A stretch of 64,000 bases of DNA from Macrostomum lignano (taxonomy: Eukaryota). A program made the translations under genes and the position numbers. The notes under the pieces were generated by a model. That model had not been told where the DNA came from and did not search any database. It saw nothing but the letters and a program-made list of their open reading frames with translations. This document shows, piece by piece, positions 39,447-51,433 of this stretch (the first letter of the stretch is position 1; each line of letters begins with the position of its first letter). The DNA lies in assembly GCA_002269645.1 (NCBI GenBank), contig NIVC01002501.1:62001-126000 (forward strand), written 5' to 3'.

Positions 39447-40010
39447 TGCTCAGGTGCTCAGGTGCTCAGGTGCTCAGGTGCTCAGGTGCTCAGGTGCTCA
39501 GGTGCTCAGGTGCTCAGGTGCTCAGGTGCTCAGGTGCTCAGGTGCTCAGGTGCTCAGGTGCTCAGGTGCTCAGGTGCTCAGGTGCTCAGGTGCTCAGGTG
39601 CTCAGGTGCTCAGGTGCTCAGGTGCTCAGGTGCTCAGGTGCTCAGGTGCTCAGGTGCTCAGGTGCTCAGGTGCTCAGGTGCTCAGGTGCTCAGGTGCTCA
39701 GGTGCTCAGGTGCTCAGGTGCTCAGGTGCTCAGGTGCTCAGGTGCTCAGGTGCTCAGGTGCTCAGGTGCTCAGGTGCTCAGGTGCTCAGGTGCTCAGGTG
39801 CTCAGGTGCTCAGGTGCTCAGGTGCTCAGGTGCTCAGGTGCTCAGGTGCTCAGGTGCTCAGGTGCTCAGGTGCTCAGGTGCTCAGGTGCTCAGGTGCTCA
39901 GGTGCTCAGGTGCTCAGGTGCTCAGGTGCTCAGGTGCTCAGGTGCTCAGGTGCTCAGGTGCTCAGGTGCTCAGGTGCTCAGGTGCTCAGGTGCTCAGGTG
40001 CTCAGGTGCT
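39447..40010. repeat. Perfect (CTCAGGTG)n, ~70 copies
   Basis: Direct inspection. Confidence 0.97.
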
Positions 40011-40094
40011 TGCCTCCTCTAAAAACCCGTCTCCATAGTAACAGTCGATGGCAATCAGTTAATAAAGTACATTCTCAATAAGCGAATACTGATG

Positions 40095-40118
40095 CAAGGA
40101 CTACTTAAGTAGTCCTTG
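40095..40118. other. Perfect 24-bp palindrome CAAGGACTAC-TTAA-GTAGTCCTTG
   Basis: Direct inspection; arms match the junctions at 20840-20860, 21570-21585, 22317-22363 and ~59590-59612. Confidence 0.9.
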
Positions 40119-40585
40119 TACTGATGATGGGTCCCCTTCAGCACTGACCTCGATCCATTGTGGGCAGATGGAGAGCTGATTATTTACCGCTGACAAAAGA
40201 CCGGATGTTGACGGCTGGGCCCTTGAGCTGCCGCGTTCTCAAGTGACTGCTTCAGTACACTGTCCAGATAGGCCCAACGACTTGTTGGAGTTTGCTGCGC
40301 TTTCAAAAGCAATTTTTAAATGGCCTTGGCTCTGCAATAAACCTTAATTTAGTTTCCTTATGTGCGTTTTTACGTCAAAATAATGTCTGATGGCGCCAAA
40401 ATTGTGTCTTTTAACGCCAAAACCCAAAGCGCCAAAACCCAAAGCGCCAAAACCCAAGGCGCCAAAACCCAAAGCGCCAAAACCCAAGGCGCCAAAACCC
40501 AAAGCACCAAAACCCAAAGCGCCAAACCCAAGCTCAAATCCAAAACGCATCCAAAAAGCCTTCAAACTCCACCGCTCAACGCCAG

Positions 40586-42309
40586 GTCCTGCCCCAGCCC
40601 GCTGAAGAAGCTGGGGGCGGCTGGCGCCTCAGTCGGCTCCGGCCTGTCGGTGGCGCGCCAGTTCAACCGGGTGTCCCGGCTGGAGGCCGAGCACGAGGAG
40701 TGGCTGCGCCGCACCCTGCAGCGAGTGGCGCTGGCGGCGAGCGGCTCGACAGACGGCAGTCGAGAGGAGAGACTTGACTCCGAGAAGGCGTCGCAGCCGT
40801 CAGGTGCAGCGGTCAGCAGCCACCAGCTGCGGCAGCAGCAGCGGGACAGGCTGATTCAGGAGCGGCGGGAACGCGGCCGGAGTCTTCTCAGCTGGCAGCA
40901 GCAGCAGCAACAGGAGGCAGCAGCTGCAGACACCGCTGAAGCCGGCACCAGCCTGACGGTCAAATCCCTGATCGGCTCCAGAAGCGACGCCGCGAATGCC
41001 CGAGATCGAGGATCAGAGAAAGCGACAAGTTTGTCGAAGCAGCTGAAGGCGCCACCGCCGCTGCTGACGCTGTCGCCGACGCCGTTCATTCAGCAGGCGG
41101 CTCCGGCAGTGAAGAGCGAGCGCCAGCAGTTGCAACCTGTCGCAAAAGTGAGCTGTTCGGTTGCTGTGTGTTGGAACTGACGGGATCTGGAAAGGTGACA
41201 GCCCAGCAACTGAGGATCTGGGAGGGTGGTAGCTCAGCGACTGAGGATCTGGGAGGCTGGCAGCCCAGCAACTGAGGATCTGGGAGGGTGGTAGCTCAGC
41301 AACTGAGGATCTGGGAGGCTGGCCCAGCAACTGAGGATCTGGGAGGCTGGCAGCCCAGCAACTGAGGATCTGGGAGGGTGGTAGCTCAGCAACTGAGGAT
41401 CTGGGAGGCTGGCAGCCCAGCAACTGAGGATCTGGGAGGATGGTAGCTCAGCAACTGAGGATCTGGAAGGGTGGCCCAGCAACTGAGGATCTGGGAGGCT
41501 GGCAGCCCAGCAACTGAGGATCTGGGAGGGTGGCGGCCCAGCAACTGAGGATCTGGGAGGCTGGCAGCCCAGCAACTGAGGATCTGGGAGGGTGGTAGCT
41601 CAGCAACTGAGGATCTGGGAGGGTGGCCCAGCAACTGAGGATCTGGGAGGCTGGCAGCCCAGCAACTGAGGATCTGGGAGGCTGGCAGCCGAGCAACTGA
41701 GGATCTGGGAGGCTGGCAGCCGAGCAACTGAGGATCTGGGAGGCTGGCAGCCGAGCAACTGAGGATCTGGGAGGCTGGCAGCCCAGCAACTGAGGATCTG
41801 GGAGGCTGGCAGCCCAGCAACTGAGGATCTGGGAGGGTGGTAGCTCAGCAACTGAGGATCTGGGAGGTTGGCAGCCCAGCAACTGAGGATTTGGGAGGGT
41901 GGCCCAGCAACTGAGTATTGAGCCGATCACATTTACATCGATCCTAGAAACTATACATGTTAAGTGCTCAAAGCGGACTCAAAACGGACCCTGTGTCGCA
42001 CACACCACCCGAACACAGCAGCCTCATCAGACGCAGCTTCACCGACCAAGACTGAGAGGACCAGCGGTCCGCAGCCGTCAGCTGGAACACTCGAGCCCGG
42101 AGCAGCGCAGGCAGGAGCCGCAGCTGCTGAGCATCGGTCAGGCGCCCGGCATCCAGCAGGATCAGCGGGCAGCTCAAGCTCAAGCCGCTGAGCAGTCCAT
42201 GGAGCTGGCAGACTATGTGCGCACGCGGCAACCCGCAATGCGGCTCAGGGAGCCGACCCTGGTTCAGCCGAGGAACCCCGTGAACTCGCCAGAACTGCTT
42301 GCTCCGTGA
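40586..42309 (+). CDS. 3' exons of an uncharacterised Q/A-rich protein; exons 40586-41147 and 42031-42309; upstream exons unresolved
   Basis: Acceptor gccag|G, donor AAA|GTGAG, acceptor catcag|ACG, phase-0 compatible; GC3-rich codons. Confidence 0.55.
41180..41915. repeat. 28-35-bp intronic minisatellite (CAGCAACTGAGGATCTGGGAGG…)n
   Basis: Direct inspection; same family as 37100-37535, inverted. Confidence 0.93.
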
Positions 42310-42634
42310 TGCTGATGGTCGAGACCTCAGTGACAAATTCGTGTGCAAAAACATTGTCGATCGTGCATGCAGATGTACAAATGAGAAATATACAAGTATT
42401 TGTTGTGTCCAAATAAAGCAATGAGCGAAATTCTACAAGATTCGAGCACAGGATCAACTAAAGCAGAAGGCTAAGTTTGATTTTCTTAGAAATAGTCCGG
42501 AGGTTGAGAAGGAACGTGTATTTGTCTTATTGCTAGTGCATGAAGCACTTTTCATTTTACTTAAGAGCTCCAGCAGTCATGGTAAGATACCGCCGATCAT
42601 ATAGCTTTTTGCAAGGCATTTGATACGTCGAGCT

Positions 42635-42815
42635 ATGCAACGCCGAGGCGTGGACGCTGACGGCTACGCTGGAGCGGCAGTTGGACTCGGCGCACTCAGG
42701 GCTGCTCCGTGCTGCCTTTCAAGCTGACGAGAGCGTCGGGACCGAGGCCCTGTACCGAAGCCGGAGGCGACTTCAACTGACGGGCCACGTGATCCGGGCC
42801 GAAGGCTACTGCCCC
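42635..42815 (+). mobile_element. RTE-type non-LTR retrotransposon C-terminal fragment
   Basis: Translates as CNAEAWTLTATLERQLDSAHSGLLRA…RRRLQLTGHVIR, matching the RTE pattern AETWTL…RRLRW.GHV.R. Confidence 0.6.
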
Positions 42816-43373
42816 CAAACCTTTTCAGGAATACAATCCACTTCGGTAACAGCAACTTCGGTAACAAAGCAGATTTACGACTACTGACGCTATATTTCCA
42901 TGGTAATTAATTTTAGCAACTATTAGTTTAATAAAGAAAAATGAAACCATTTTACTGCCAGGTATGGTTTAATTTTATGGTTAAAATGAATTATAATTTG
43001 TTTAAATTTGTGCATTAACATTGTAAAAAATTAAATGCGGCAAAGAACATTACGCAACGGTTGAAAATTGAAATTTTGAAGTAATTATAAATGAAGAAAA
43101 AAGTAGATTCCGGTAAATGAAGTCGCTAACTCAGAGATTCTAATGTTCACAATATTTGATCAAAAGGATGTTTCAGCTTGTACGAGCGTATATATGCATC
43201 TGGCGCACCCGAAAATAAAAATTAAAATAACGTGTAGATTAAAATACGCAATAGTTTTCGCCATCAATCCCATATCTCGAAGTTTGCGAGAACGCATCTC
43301 AATTATTTTTCGTCGTTCTCTCTTTAAAGTTCGTTTGCAAAATCTTTTTAGAGCATATCAATCTATGCATACT

Positions 43374-43744
43374 AGGGGGGAGGGGGCCGTAGCCCAGCGG
43401 TAGTGCAGCTGCTCTGGTGTGCCAGCGACCCAGGCTCGATTCCAAGTGCAGTCACATTAATTTGGGGCTGAATTGGAATCTCGGCTTGGCTCTGCTCGTG
43501 CAATTGACGGCCTTGAGAGCCAACCCCCCAAGGCGCAGTGAAGTGTACATGCCTAACGATAATATAAAGTTAGGGCCGCTGTACACTCCTGTGTGAGTGT
43601 GTGCCTGCGTACGTATCCGCGCGCTTGTATGCCTGCTCAGGGGAGTCGGCGGAATGGGCAGTAATGCCTCTCGCCGGTTGTGTGCCTATGTCGCTTAAAG
43701 TGCGCCAGGGTGCACACAACCCCATCTGCCTCAAATAAAAAAAT
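43374..43744 (+). mobile_element. tRNA-derived SINE (family A), 13-bp TSD
   Basis: A box TAGCCCAGCGG, B box GGCTCGATTCC, A-rich tail. TSD ATCTATGCATACT at 43361-43373 and 43745-43757. Confidence 0.9.
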
Positions 43745-45319
43745 ATCTATGCATACTGTATTTATTTCCACTAACTAATTTGTTACCGAAGTGGCTGTTA
43801 CCCCTTTTCAGGACGTTCTGCTGCCCTCTGAAAGATGACAAACTGTGTTGAAGCAAACCTGGACGACGCTTTTCGTGTAGCCCATCATGCATCCATGTCT
43901 CTTTAGATACGGACTATGAAGTTGGTCACCAGGGGATGGCAAAGGTGCTCGCCTATGGGCTTATGGTGTGCTGGGTGTGAACACGCCCCGCAGCTAAATT
44001 AACGCCATCGTATGGCTGCTAGGGCACAACTTTGCCCTGCGTGGCGTTGCAGTTCTCTTTGAATTGGACAGGCAGATTCAATTGAAGGGATTGAAGGGAC
44101 TGATCCGTGACCCAGAGGTTGTTCGTGCGTTTCATTTCAAAGCGTCTAATTTACGAGCTATAGCGAAACCGACTTGTTCTTGGCGGCTGTCTGGTCTGAA
44201 TTCAATGCTCTCCCCATGCACTCGAGCCAGAGTGAGTGGTGGGAAGTTCAGGAAATGCGTCGCTCATTCTCCCCTCCCGCCTGTGAAGTCCACGTACCGG
44301 GGGTTGCTGACCTCGATTGGCGGCTGCTGGCGAATGGCGACCCTCGGAGGATTAAGAAACCCTCGGATCATCTCGCTAAGTGGTTGAGACGCTGCTGGGG
44401 GAAAGATAGCTTCACCCACCTCGAGTTCCAGGGGAACAAAGTCGACTGATGCAGCAATCCACTCGGATCATTTTCGCGCTCTCGCTCTCACTTAATCGCC
44501 AATCTCTCGTTCACCAGCCAGCACCTTGTCACTCGCCGCATTCGCCGACTTCGCCGATCTTCGCGCGCCCACCTCCCGATCTCCAACCGGCAGGTCTCCT
44601 CTTTTGGCTTTGTGATAATCTACCATCCATTCAATCAGATAATCCTGAAACCCTATTAAGGATAACATGAATAAGAGAATTGTTGAAGCCCGCCAGGTGA
44701 GACACCTTGTGCAACAAAACTAGACTAATTTCGTTTGTTTGTCAGGGTCCTTTCTATTCTCTCCTCTCTTCTCTCCTCTCTCCTCTCTCATCTCTCTTGA
44801 ATGCTGAATGCCCCCCCAAATAAATTCAGTTTATAGCTCATGTAATATCTTATGATTTTAAATATTTCAAGCCTATAAAAAGTATTTATATATATAACAT
44901 TGACTGCACAAACGTTTATTATACTTTTTCATGTGTGTTGAAAAATTAAAAAGAAGCTCTTTCACCCTAGAGCTGATGAAAGTTCTTTTTATAAATTTCT
45001 AAGTTCTTGCAAAAGTTCCTATTTCAGTAAAAACTAAAATTTATCACATAAAGCGAACAAATTATAGTTAGCTCTTTAACAAACTTTGTTAAATGTCTTT
45101 TCAACTTTTAAATTATTAATACTTAATAATTCCACTGCTAGATAAACCAAGTATAGTTCGACTCGCACAACTTCCATTGGTTTTTTAACAGTGATTTAAT
45201 TGCAGTTTATATTAAAATCATTAGATCTGCATGTATAAACACTGATGTAAAATGCCACTTAACAATGTGTATTATTGACCTTTAAACCCTCACATATCTC
45301 GGACCACTCGGATGTCATT

Positions 45320-47170
45320 TGGTGTACTGAAAAAGACGGTCGGTACCCTTCAAATGTAGCTGGCTACTGGCCGTTAACAAACTTAGCGCTATCGACGCAA
45401 TGTGACTGCGTGTCCATCTAGAGAGCTTTCGTGCAATTTGCTCAAAATGGACCGAATATTATAACAAGAGAAAGCAGTTCTATTATTCTGCTTTAAGGTG
45501 AGAAATGCTTGTATTGTTTTATGTTTTTGCATGGATTGCTCCGCTTGCAAATCTAACAAAAAACACAGTCTAACAAATTGGCATTAAATATTGCAGGACA
45601 AAAGCATGCGCGCCTTTAAGCGATAAACAGCTAGGTAGCTATCGGCGCTCATGGCTTTTAAAAGGCAGCTGCTGGCCGAAGCTGAAGCCGAAGATGATCA
45701 AGTCAAAGGCCTCAGCGACAAGGAGATGCTCGCTGTCGGGATGGATTTTTGTTTCGGCGAGGTAAACGCTAACCGGCAAGGACGTAGTCTGCAACTTTAC
45801 ATTGCAGGAGGTGCGGCAATGGGCCGAGCATCCTGAGAATGAACTAATGGGTGAGCCTCCTACGAATTCATTTACTATGCACAAAGTAATGTCTAGAGTA
45901 AAAATTGCTTTAAACTATTCCTTTTTGCAATTCATCCAAGCTACAAAAAATTTCATTCTCTAGACTAAAATAGATAGGTAACCTAAAACCGTCGACACTT
46001 TCTCGTTGTTTTTTATCAACTATAGTTGTCAATGAATGAATTAGACAGTGGATGAAGGAATGCTATGGACAGCTCACCTGAAACAATCTATGGTCAATTT
46101 GGCTCCTCGAAACTTTGAATTTACCCCGTAATAATCTATTGGCTGATGAAAGTTAAAAATAATCCCCTATAGGATTTGATTTGCTGTTGAATCAGTCTTA
46201 GATGCATCTTTGGATTCCCAGCAGCTAGTCATGCTTGCAAGTTGCATTGTTGCGAGTAATAACTAAAAGTACAAATTTATTTAAATTTTTATGATCTAAA
46301 ACTGAAATCGGAATGATGTCCATAATGTGCTTTGAATGTCACATGAGTGACCGTATATTTGACGGCCAAATTGGAATTGAAACACTGTTTATTTACGAAC
46401 TACTGTCACATATCTGTCACATTGACGGTCACATGAGTGACTGTACATTTGACTGTCACACAAGAGGGTCATACGCAATTCCATTGTTTGCGAGGGTTAC
46501 AAAACAGTCAGAGTCAAAATGTGCCATCCCACTTTTTACGGGCCACTTTCGAATGAACTTGTACTGTAATGCACTACAAACTCAGCAGTAGAGTGTGCAA
46601 GCGTAATAGAGCAATATATAATGTGTTTTTATATAGGTCAGAGAATGTTTAGCATTATAAAAAAATTCTACTTGGTTTGGGACAAATTTGTTAAGCAAAA
46701 AATGAATAATTTCTTTTTTACGATTTCTCTAAAGCTGTGCAATATTTCCTAATTTAATTCAGGTGGCCAAGCACAAGACAATGCAATACTTTGCTGCGGC
46801 GAATGTAAACGTACATGAGTGCTGCAGCCTGCTTCAAATGTCTGCCTCAAAGATGCGATTGTCAAAGCTCAACTGCCGAGGACGCTGCGAGTCCATTCAT
46901 CAAGTTATAGTATGGCAGCTTCGAAGGGATGTTCCGTGAACATAGAGCTCCGTTCAGCGAGTTGTTACACAATGTCACATGTACAAGCTTTCGTGTTAAC
47001 ATTCATTAATTTATCATTTATTCAGGCTCTCTTGGCTGGCGCTGATAAACAGTTGGTGGCTGACCTCCGTATCACACTCCAAAAGTGGCACCTGATGCAT
47101 ACCAAGTGAATACGGACCGCTACCGAAGGGCGGACAGCGACGTGCTTATGAGGGCAATTGAAGCGTGGAC
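45320..47170 (+). pseudogene. Possible degraded KDZ/Zisupton-like transposase relic
   Basis: Scattered motifs across frames in the expected order: AGYWPLT, CGEC..ACFK, KWH..H, IEAWTWL; many stops. Confidence 0.3.
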
Positions 47171-47860
47171 TTGGCTAGGTAATGAGTTAAAAATAAAATA
47201 AGCAATTTTTTTCACTAGCCTTAACGAAATTTAATTAATATTATTAGATTGATCATATCAAGTAAATAAAAAGCCGTCAAACCTTCTGCCCAGTTGAGAG
47301 ATTGCCAACAATCTGCAAGCAGCAGTGCCAAGTGTCACAGGCGAGAAAGTGCCGGACAGAAGCATGAACGTCTTGAAAAACATTTGTGAAGCTGTATATA
47401 GATTTAAAGAGCAGTATTAACATTTCCAATTATCTTTCCATCCTACTGTTTGCTTGTATGCTCAATTTTGCATCGTATGTTGTGTTTGCGTTCCATTTCC
47501 AACTGGATGCGTTAATTTTGTCTCAACTTTTGTTGTATTTTATCCATCTTTTCATGCTAATTGTAAAAAAATTGCTTTGAATGTTTTCCATGTAACTTTA
47601 TGCTGTGCTACTGTTTGTTCTTTTATTATACTTTATATTTGTTTTATTTTACTATTCGTTAGTAGTAGTTAAGTAGTATACAGGTTCTTCAATGCTTCTA
47701 AAATTTAAATTTGTAAAATGCTGTGAATAATGGTGTATAAATTGTGGTGTACCAAAACAAAAATATAGTCGTAAAATCCTTTAACAAAAATTTAATTAAT
47801 TTTCAATTTGCTTTTTAGTTTCCATTTTTTACTTTATACTGGTACACCTACACCATTTCG

Positions 47861-49978
47861 GGTCATCTGTCCAGTTCGTGTTATTCCTTATCTGCATAGT
47901 GTCATTTGTCCAAGCAGAGGGTCATCTGTCCTGTTCGTGTTATTCCTTATCTGCATAGTGTCATTTGTCCAAGCAGAGGGTCATCTGTCCTGTTCGTGTT
48001 ATTCCTTATCTGCATAGTGTCATGTCCAAGCAGAGGGTCATTTGTCCTGTTCGTGTTATTCCTTATCTGCATAGTGTCATGTCCAAGCAGAGGGTCATCT
48101 GTCCAGTTCGTGTTATTCCTTATCTGCATAATGTCATTTGTCCAAGCAGAGGGTCATCTGTCCAGTTCGTGTTATTCCTTATCTGCATAATGTCATTTGT
48201 CCAAGCAGAGGGTCATCTGTCCAGTTCGTGTTATTCCTTATCTGCATAGTGTCATTTGTCCAAGCAGAGGGTCATCTGTCCTGTTCGTGTTATTCCTTAT
48301 CTGCATAGTGTCATGTCCAAGCAGAGGGTCATTTGTCCAGTTCGTGTTATTCCTTATCTGCATAGTGTCATTTGTCCAAGCAGAGGGTCATTTGTCCAGT
48401 TCGTGTTATTCCTTATCTGCATAGTGTCATTTGTCCAAGCAGAGGGTCATCTGTCCAGTTCGTGTTATTCCTTATCTGCATAGTGTCATTTGTCCAAGCA
48501 GAGGGTCATCTGTCCTGTTCGTGTTATTCCTTATCTGCATAGTGTCATTTGTCCAAGCAGAGGGTCATTTGTCCTGTTCGTGTTATTCCTTATCTGCATA
48601 GTGTCATGTCCAAGCAGAGGGTCATTTGTCCTGTTCGTGTTATTCCTTATCTGCATAGTGTCATGTCCAAGCAGAGGGTCATCTGTCCAGTTCGTGTTAT
48701 TCCTTATCTGCATAATGTCATTTGTCCAAGCAGAGGGTCATCTGTCCAGTTCGTGTTATTCCTTATCTGCATAATGTCATTTGTCCAAGCAGAGGGTCAT
48801 CTGTCCAGTTCGTGTTATTCCTTATCTGCATAGTGTCATTTGTCCAAGCAGAGGGTCATCTGTCCTGTTCGTGTTATTCCTTATCTGCATAGTGTCATGT
48901 CCAAGCAGAGGGTCATTTGTCCAGTTCGTGTTATTCCTTATCTGCATAGTGTCATTTGTCCAAGCAGAGGGTCATTTGTCCAGTTCGTGTTATTCCTTAT
49001 CTGCATAGTGTCATTTGTCCAAGCAGAGGGTCATCTGTCCTGTTCGTGTTATTCCTTATCTGCATAGTGTCATGTCCAAGCAGAGGGTCATCTGTCCAGT
49101 TCGTGTTATTCCTTATCTGCATAGTGTCATTTGTCCAAGCAGAGGGTCATTTGTCCAGTTCGTGTTATTCCTTATCTGCATAGTGTCATGTCCAAGCAGA
49201 GGGTCATTTGTCCAGTTCGTGTTATTCCTTAACTGCAGAGTGTCATTTGTCCAAGCAGAGGGTCATTTGTCCTGTTCGTGTTATTCCTTAACTGCAGAGT
49301 GTCATTTGTCCAAGCAGAGGGTCATTTGTCCTGTTCGTGTTATTCCTTATCTGCATAGTGTCATTTGTCCAAGCAGAGGGTCATTTGTCCTGTTCGTGTT
49401 ATTCCTTATCTGCATAGTGTCATTTGTCCAAGCAGAGGGTCATTTGTCCTGTTCGTGTTATTCCTTATCTGCATAGTGTCATTTGTCCAAGCAGAGGGTC
49501 ATTTGTCCTGTTCGTGTTATTCCTTATCTGCATAGTGTCATTTGTCCAAGCAGAGGGTCATTTGTCCTGTTCGTGTTATTCCTTAACTGCAGAGTGTCAT
49601 TTGTCCAAGCAGAGGGTCATTTGTCCTGTTCGTGTTATTCCTTATCTGCATAGTGTCATTTGTCCAAGCAGAGGGTCATTTGTCCTGTTCGTGTTATTCC
49701 TTATCTGCATAGTGTCATTTGTCCAAGCAGAGGGTCATTTGTCCTGTTCGTGTTATTCCTTATCTGCAGTGTCATTTGTCCAAGCAGAGGGTCATTTGTC
49801 CTGTTCGTGTTATTCCTTATCTGCATAGTGTCATTTGTCCAAGCAGAGGGTCATTTGTCCAGTTCGTGTTATTCCTTATCTGCATAGTGTCATTTGTCCA
49901 AGCAGAGGATCATCTGTCCAGTTCGTGTTATTCCTTATCTGCATAATGTCATCTGTCCAAGCAGAGGATCATCTGTCT
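47861..49978. repeat. 59/57-bp satellite (~36 monomers) with a 584-bp higher-order repeat
   Basis: Unit GTGTCATTTGTCCAAGCAGAGGGTCATCTGTCCTGTTCGTGTTATTCCTTATCTGCATA. Matching ORF-track pairs recur at exactly 584 bp (e.g. 47906/48490, 48197/48781). Confidence 0.95.
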
Positions 49979-50764
49979 GTTCCTGTCATTGCCTGATCCA
50001 TAGGCAGCCCACCCCGCATTAAATCACCCAAACCGGGGTCACATGACCTACTAGGCTCGGCCCACCATAAGAGCAAGGCCCACAGGTTTAACACCCAACC
50101 AAGCCACAAAACTTTGCATTTGAAATTGACCAGCCTTTGTTTTTAAAGCAGACCAGACCATGAACAGCTGTCTACCCATCAATTATGATAACTGCAAATC
50201 AAATTCGAGCTACTCGCTTAGGAATTAAAAACTGCAGATTTTTATATTTTGACAATCAATAATTTTCATCAGCGTTTAGGATTTAAAAGTACATTCAGGA
50301 ATTGTAGCATATGTAATCTTGAACTGGATAAAAATATATTTAGCTTACTACGATATAAGCGTACGGTAAAAATACAGTAATAATTATAATTTAATATTGC
50401 CAAGGAATAACAGAAAGTACACTATAGATCTGTATGCTGGGAAATCAAGACATGAAAAGTCAAAGCTGGAAACAATATTAACTGTATTTACAGCGATTAA
50501 ACTTGGTGGATAGAAAATCGTTAAAATGTTCTTCATTAGCTACTAACAGTATGCTTTGCTGTCGCACAGTATTAAGAAGCAAAAACTAACAATTTCAGAG
50601 CAAAAATGGAAGCAGGCGGTTCTAGACAGATAAAAGTGACAGTTCCGGGGTCTGCGGAATGGCAGAATTTATTGAGTCTTTTAATTAACTATGAGATCTG
50701 TGACTGATCCAGTTGATAGGCTGGCGCTACCGATGCCTAGTGCTTCAGTGATCACTACTCTCCC

Positions 50765-51165
50765 CTCCCCCAGCCTCATCAGTGACCCCTACTCTCCCCC
50801 AGACCCATCAGTGACCCCCACTCTCCCCCAGACCCATCAGTGACCCCCACTCTCCCCCAGACCCATCAGTGACCCCCACTCTCCCCCAGACCCATCAGTG
50901 ACCCCCACTCTCCCCCAGACCCATCAGTGACCCCCACTCTCCCCCAGACCCATCAGTGACCCCACTCTCCCCCAGACCCATCAGTGACCCCACTCTCCCC
51001 CAGACCCATCAGTGACCCCCACTCTCCCCAAGACCCATCAGTGACCCCCACTCTCCCCCAGACCCATCAGTGACCCCCACTCTCCCCCAGACCCATCAGT
51101 GACCCCCACTCTCCCCCAGACCCATCAGTGACCCCCACTCTCCCCAAGACCCATCAGTGACCCAA
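50765..51165. repeat. 29-bp minisatellite (CCCACTCTCCCCCAGACCCATCAGTGACC)n
   Basis: Direct inspection. Confidence 0.93.
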
Positions 51166-51433
51166 CTCTGACCCAGGTACCTCCATGGACCCGAACCCCC
51201 GCTCGTCCTGGATGAGACTGCAGGCCCTGGATGAGGAACTGTCAGCAACAAGAAAGCAGTCAGTATGAGAATATATGGTGCGATTTCATAACGGAAAGTA
51301 ATGGTGTGGATTATGACAGAAAACAATAAATACAAGATTAATTAATCCCACCAAATGGAGTCAATGAGTCAATGACAGGAAGTGAAAAAATCACCAAGCA
51401 GAGAGACTGACCAACAAACTTATAAGCCAGGAC

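Noticed and set aside
38434-40290. Upstream exons of the 40586-42309 gene
   Set aside because: Candidate donors exist (e.g. ~39347), but I could not assemble a consistent phase chain.
47861-49978. CRISPR-like array
   Set aside because: Contiguous tandem monomers with no unique spacers, no cas genes, and a eukaryotic context.
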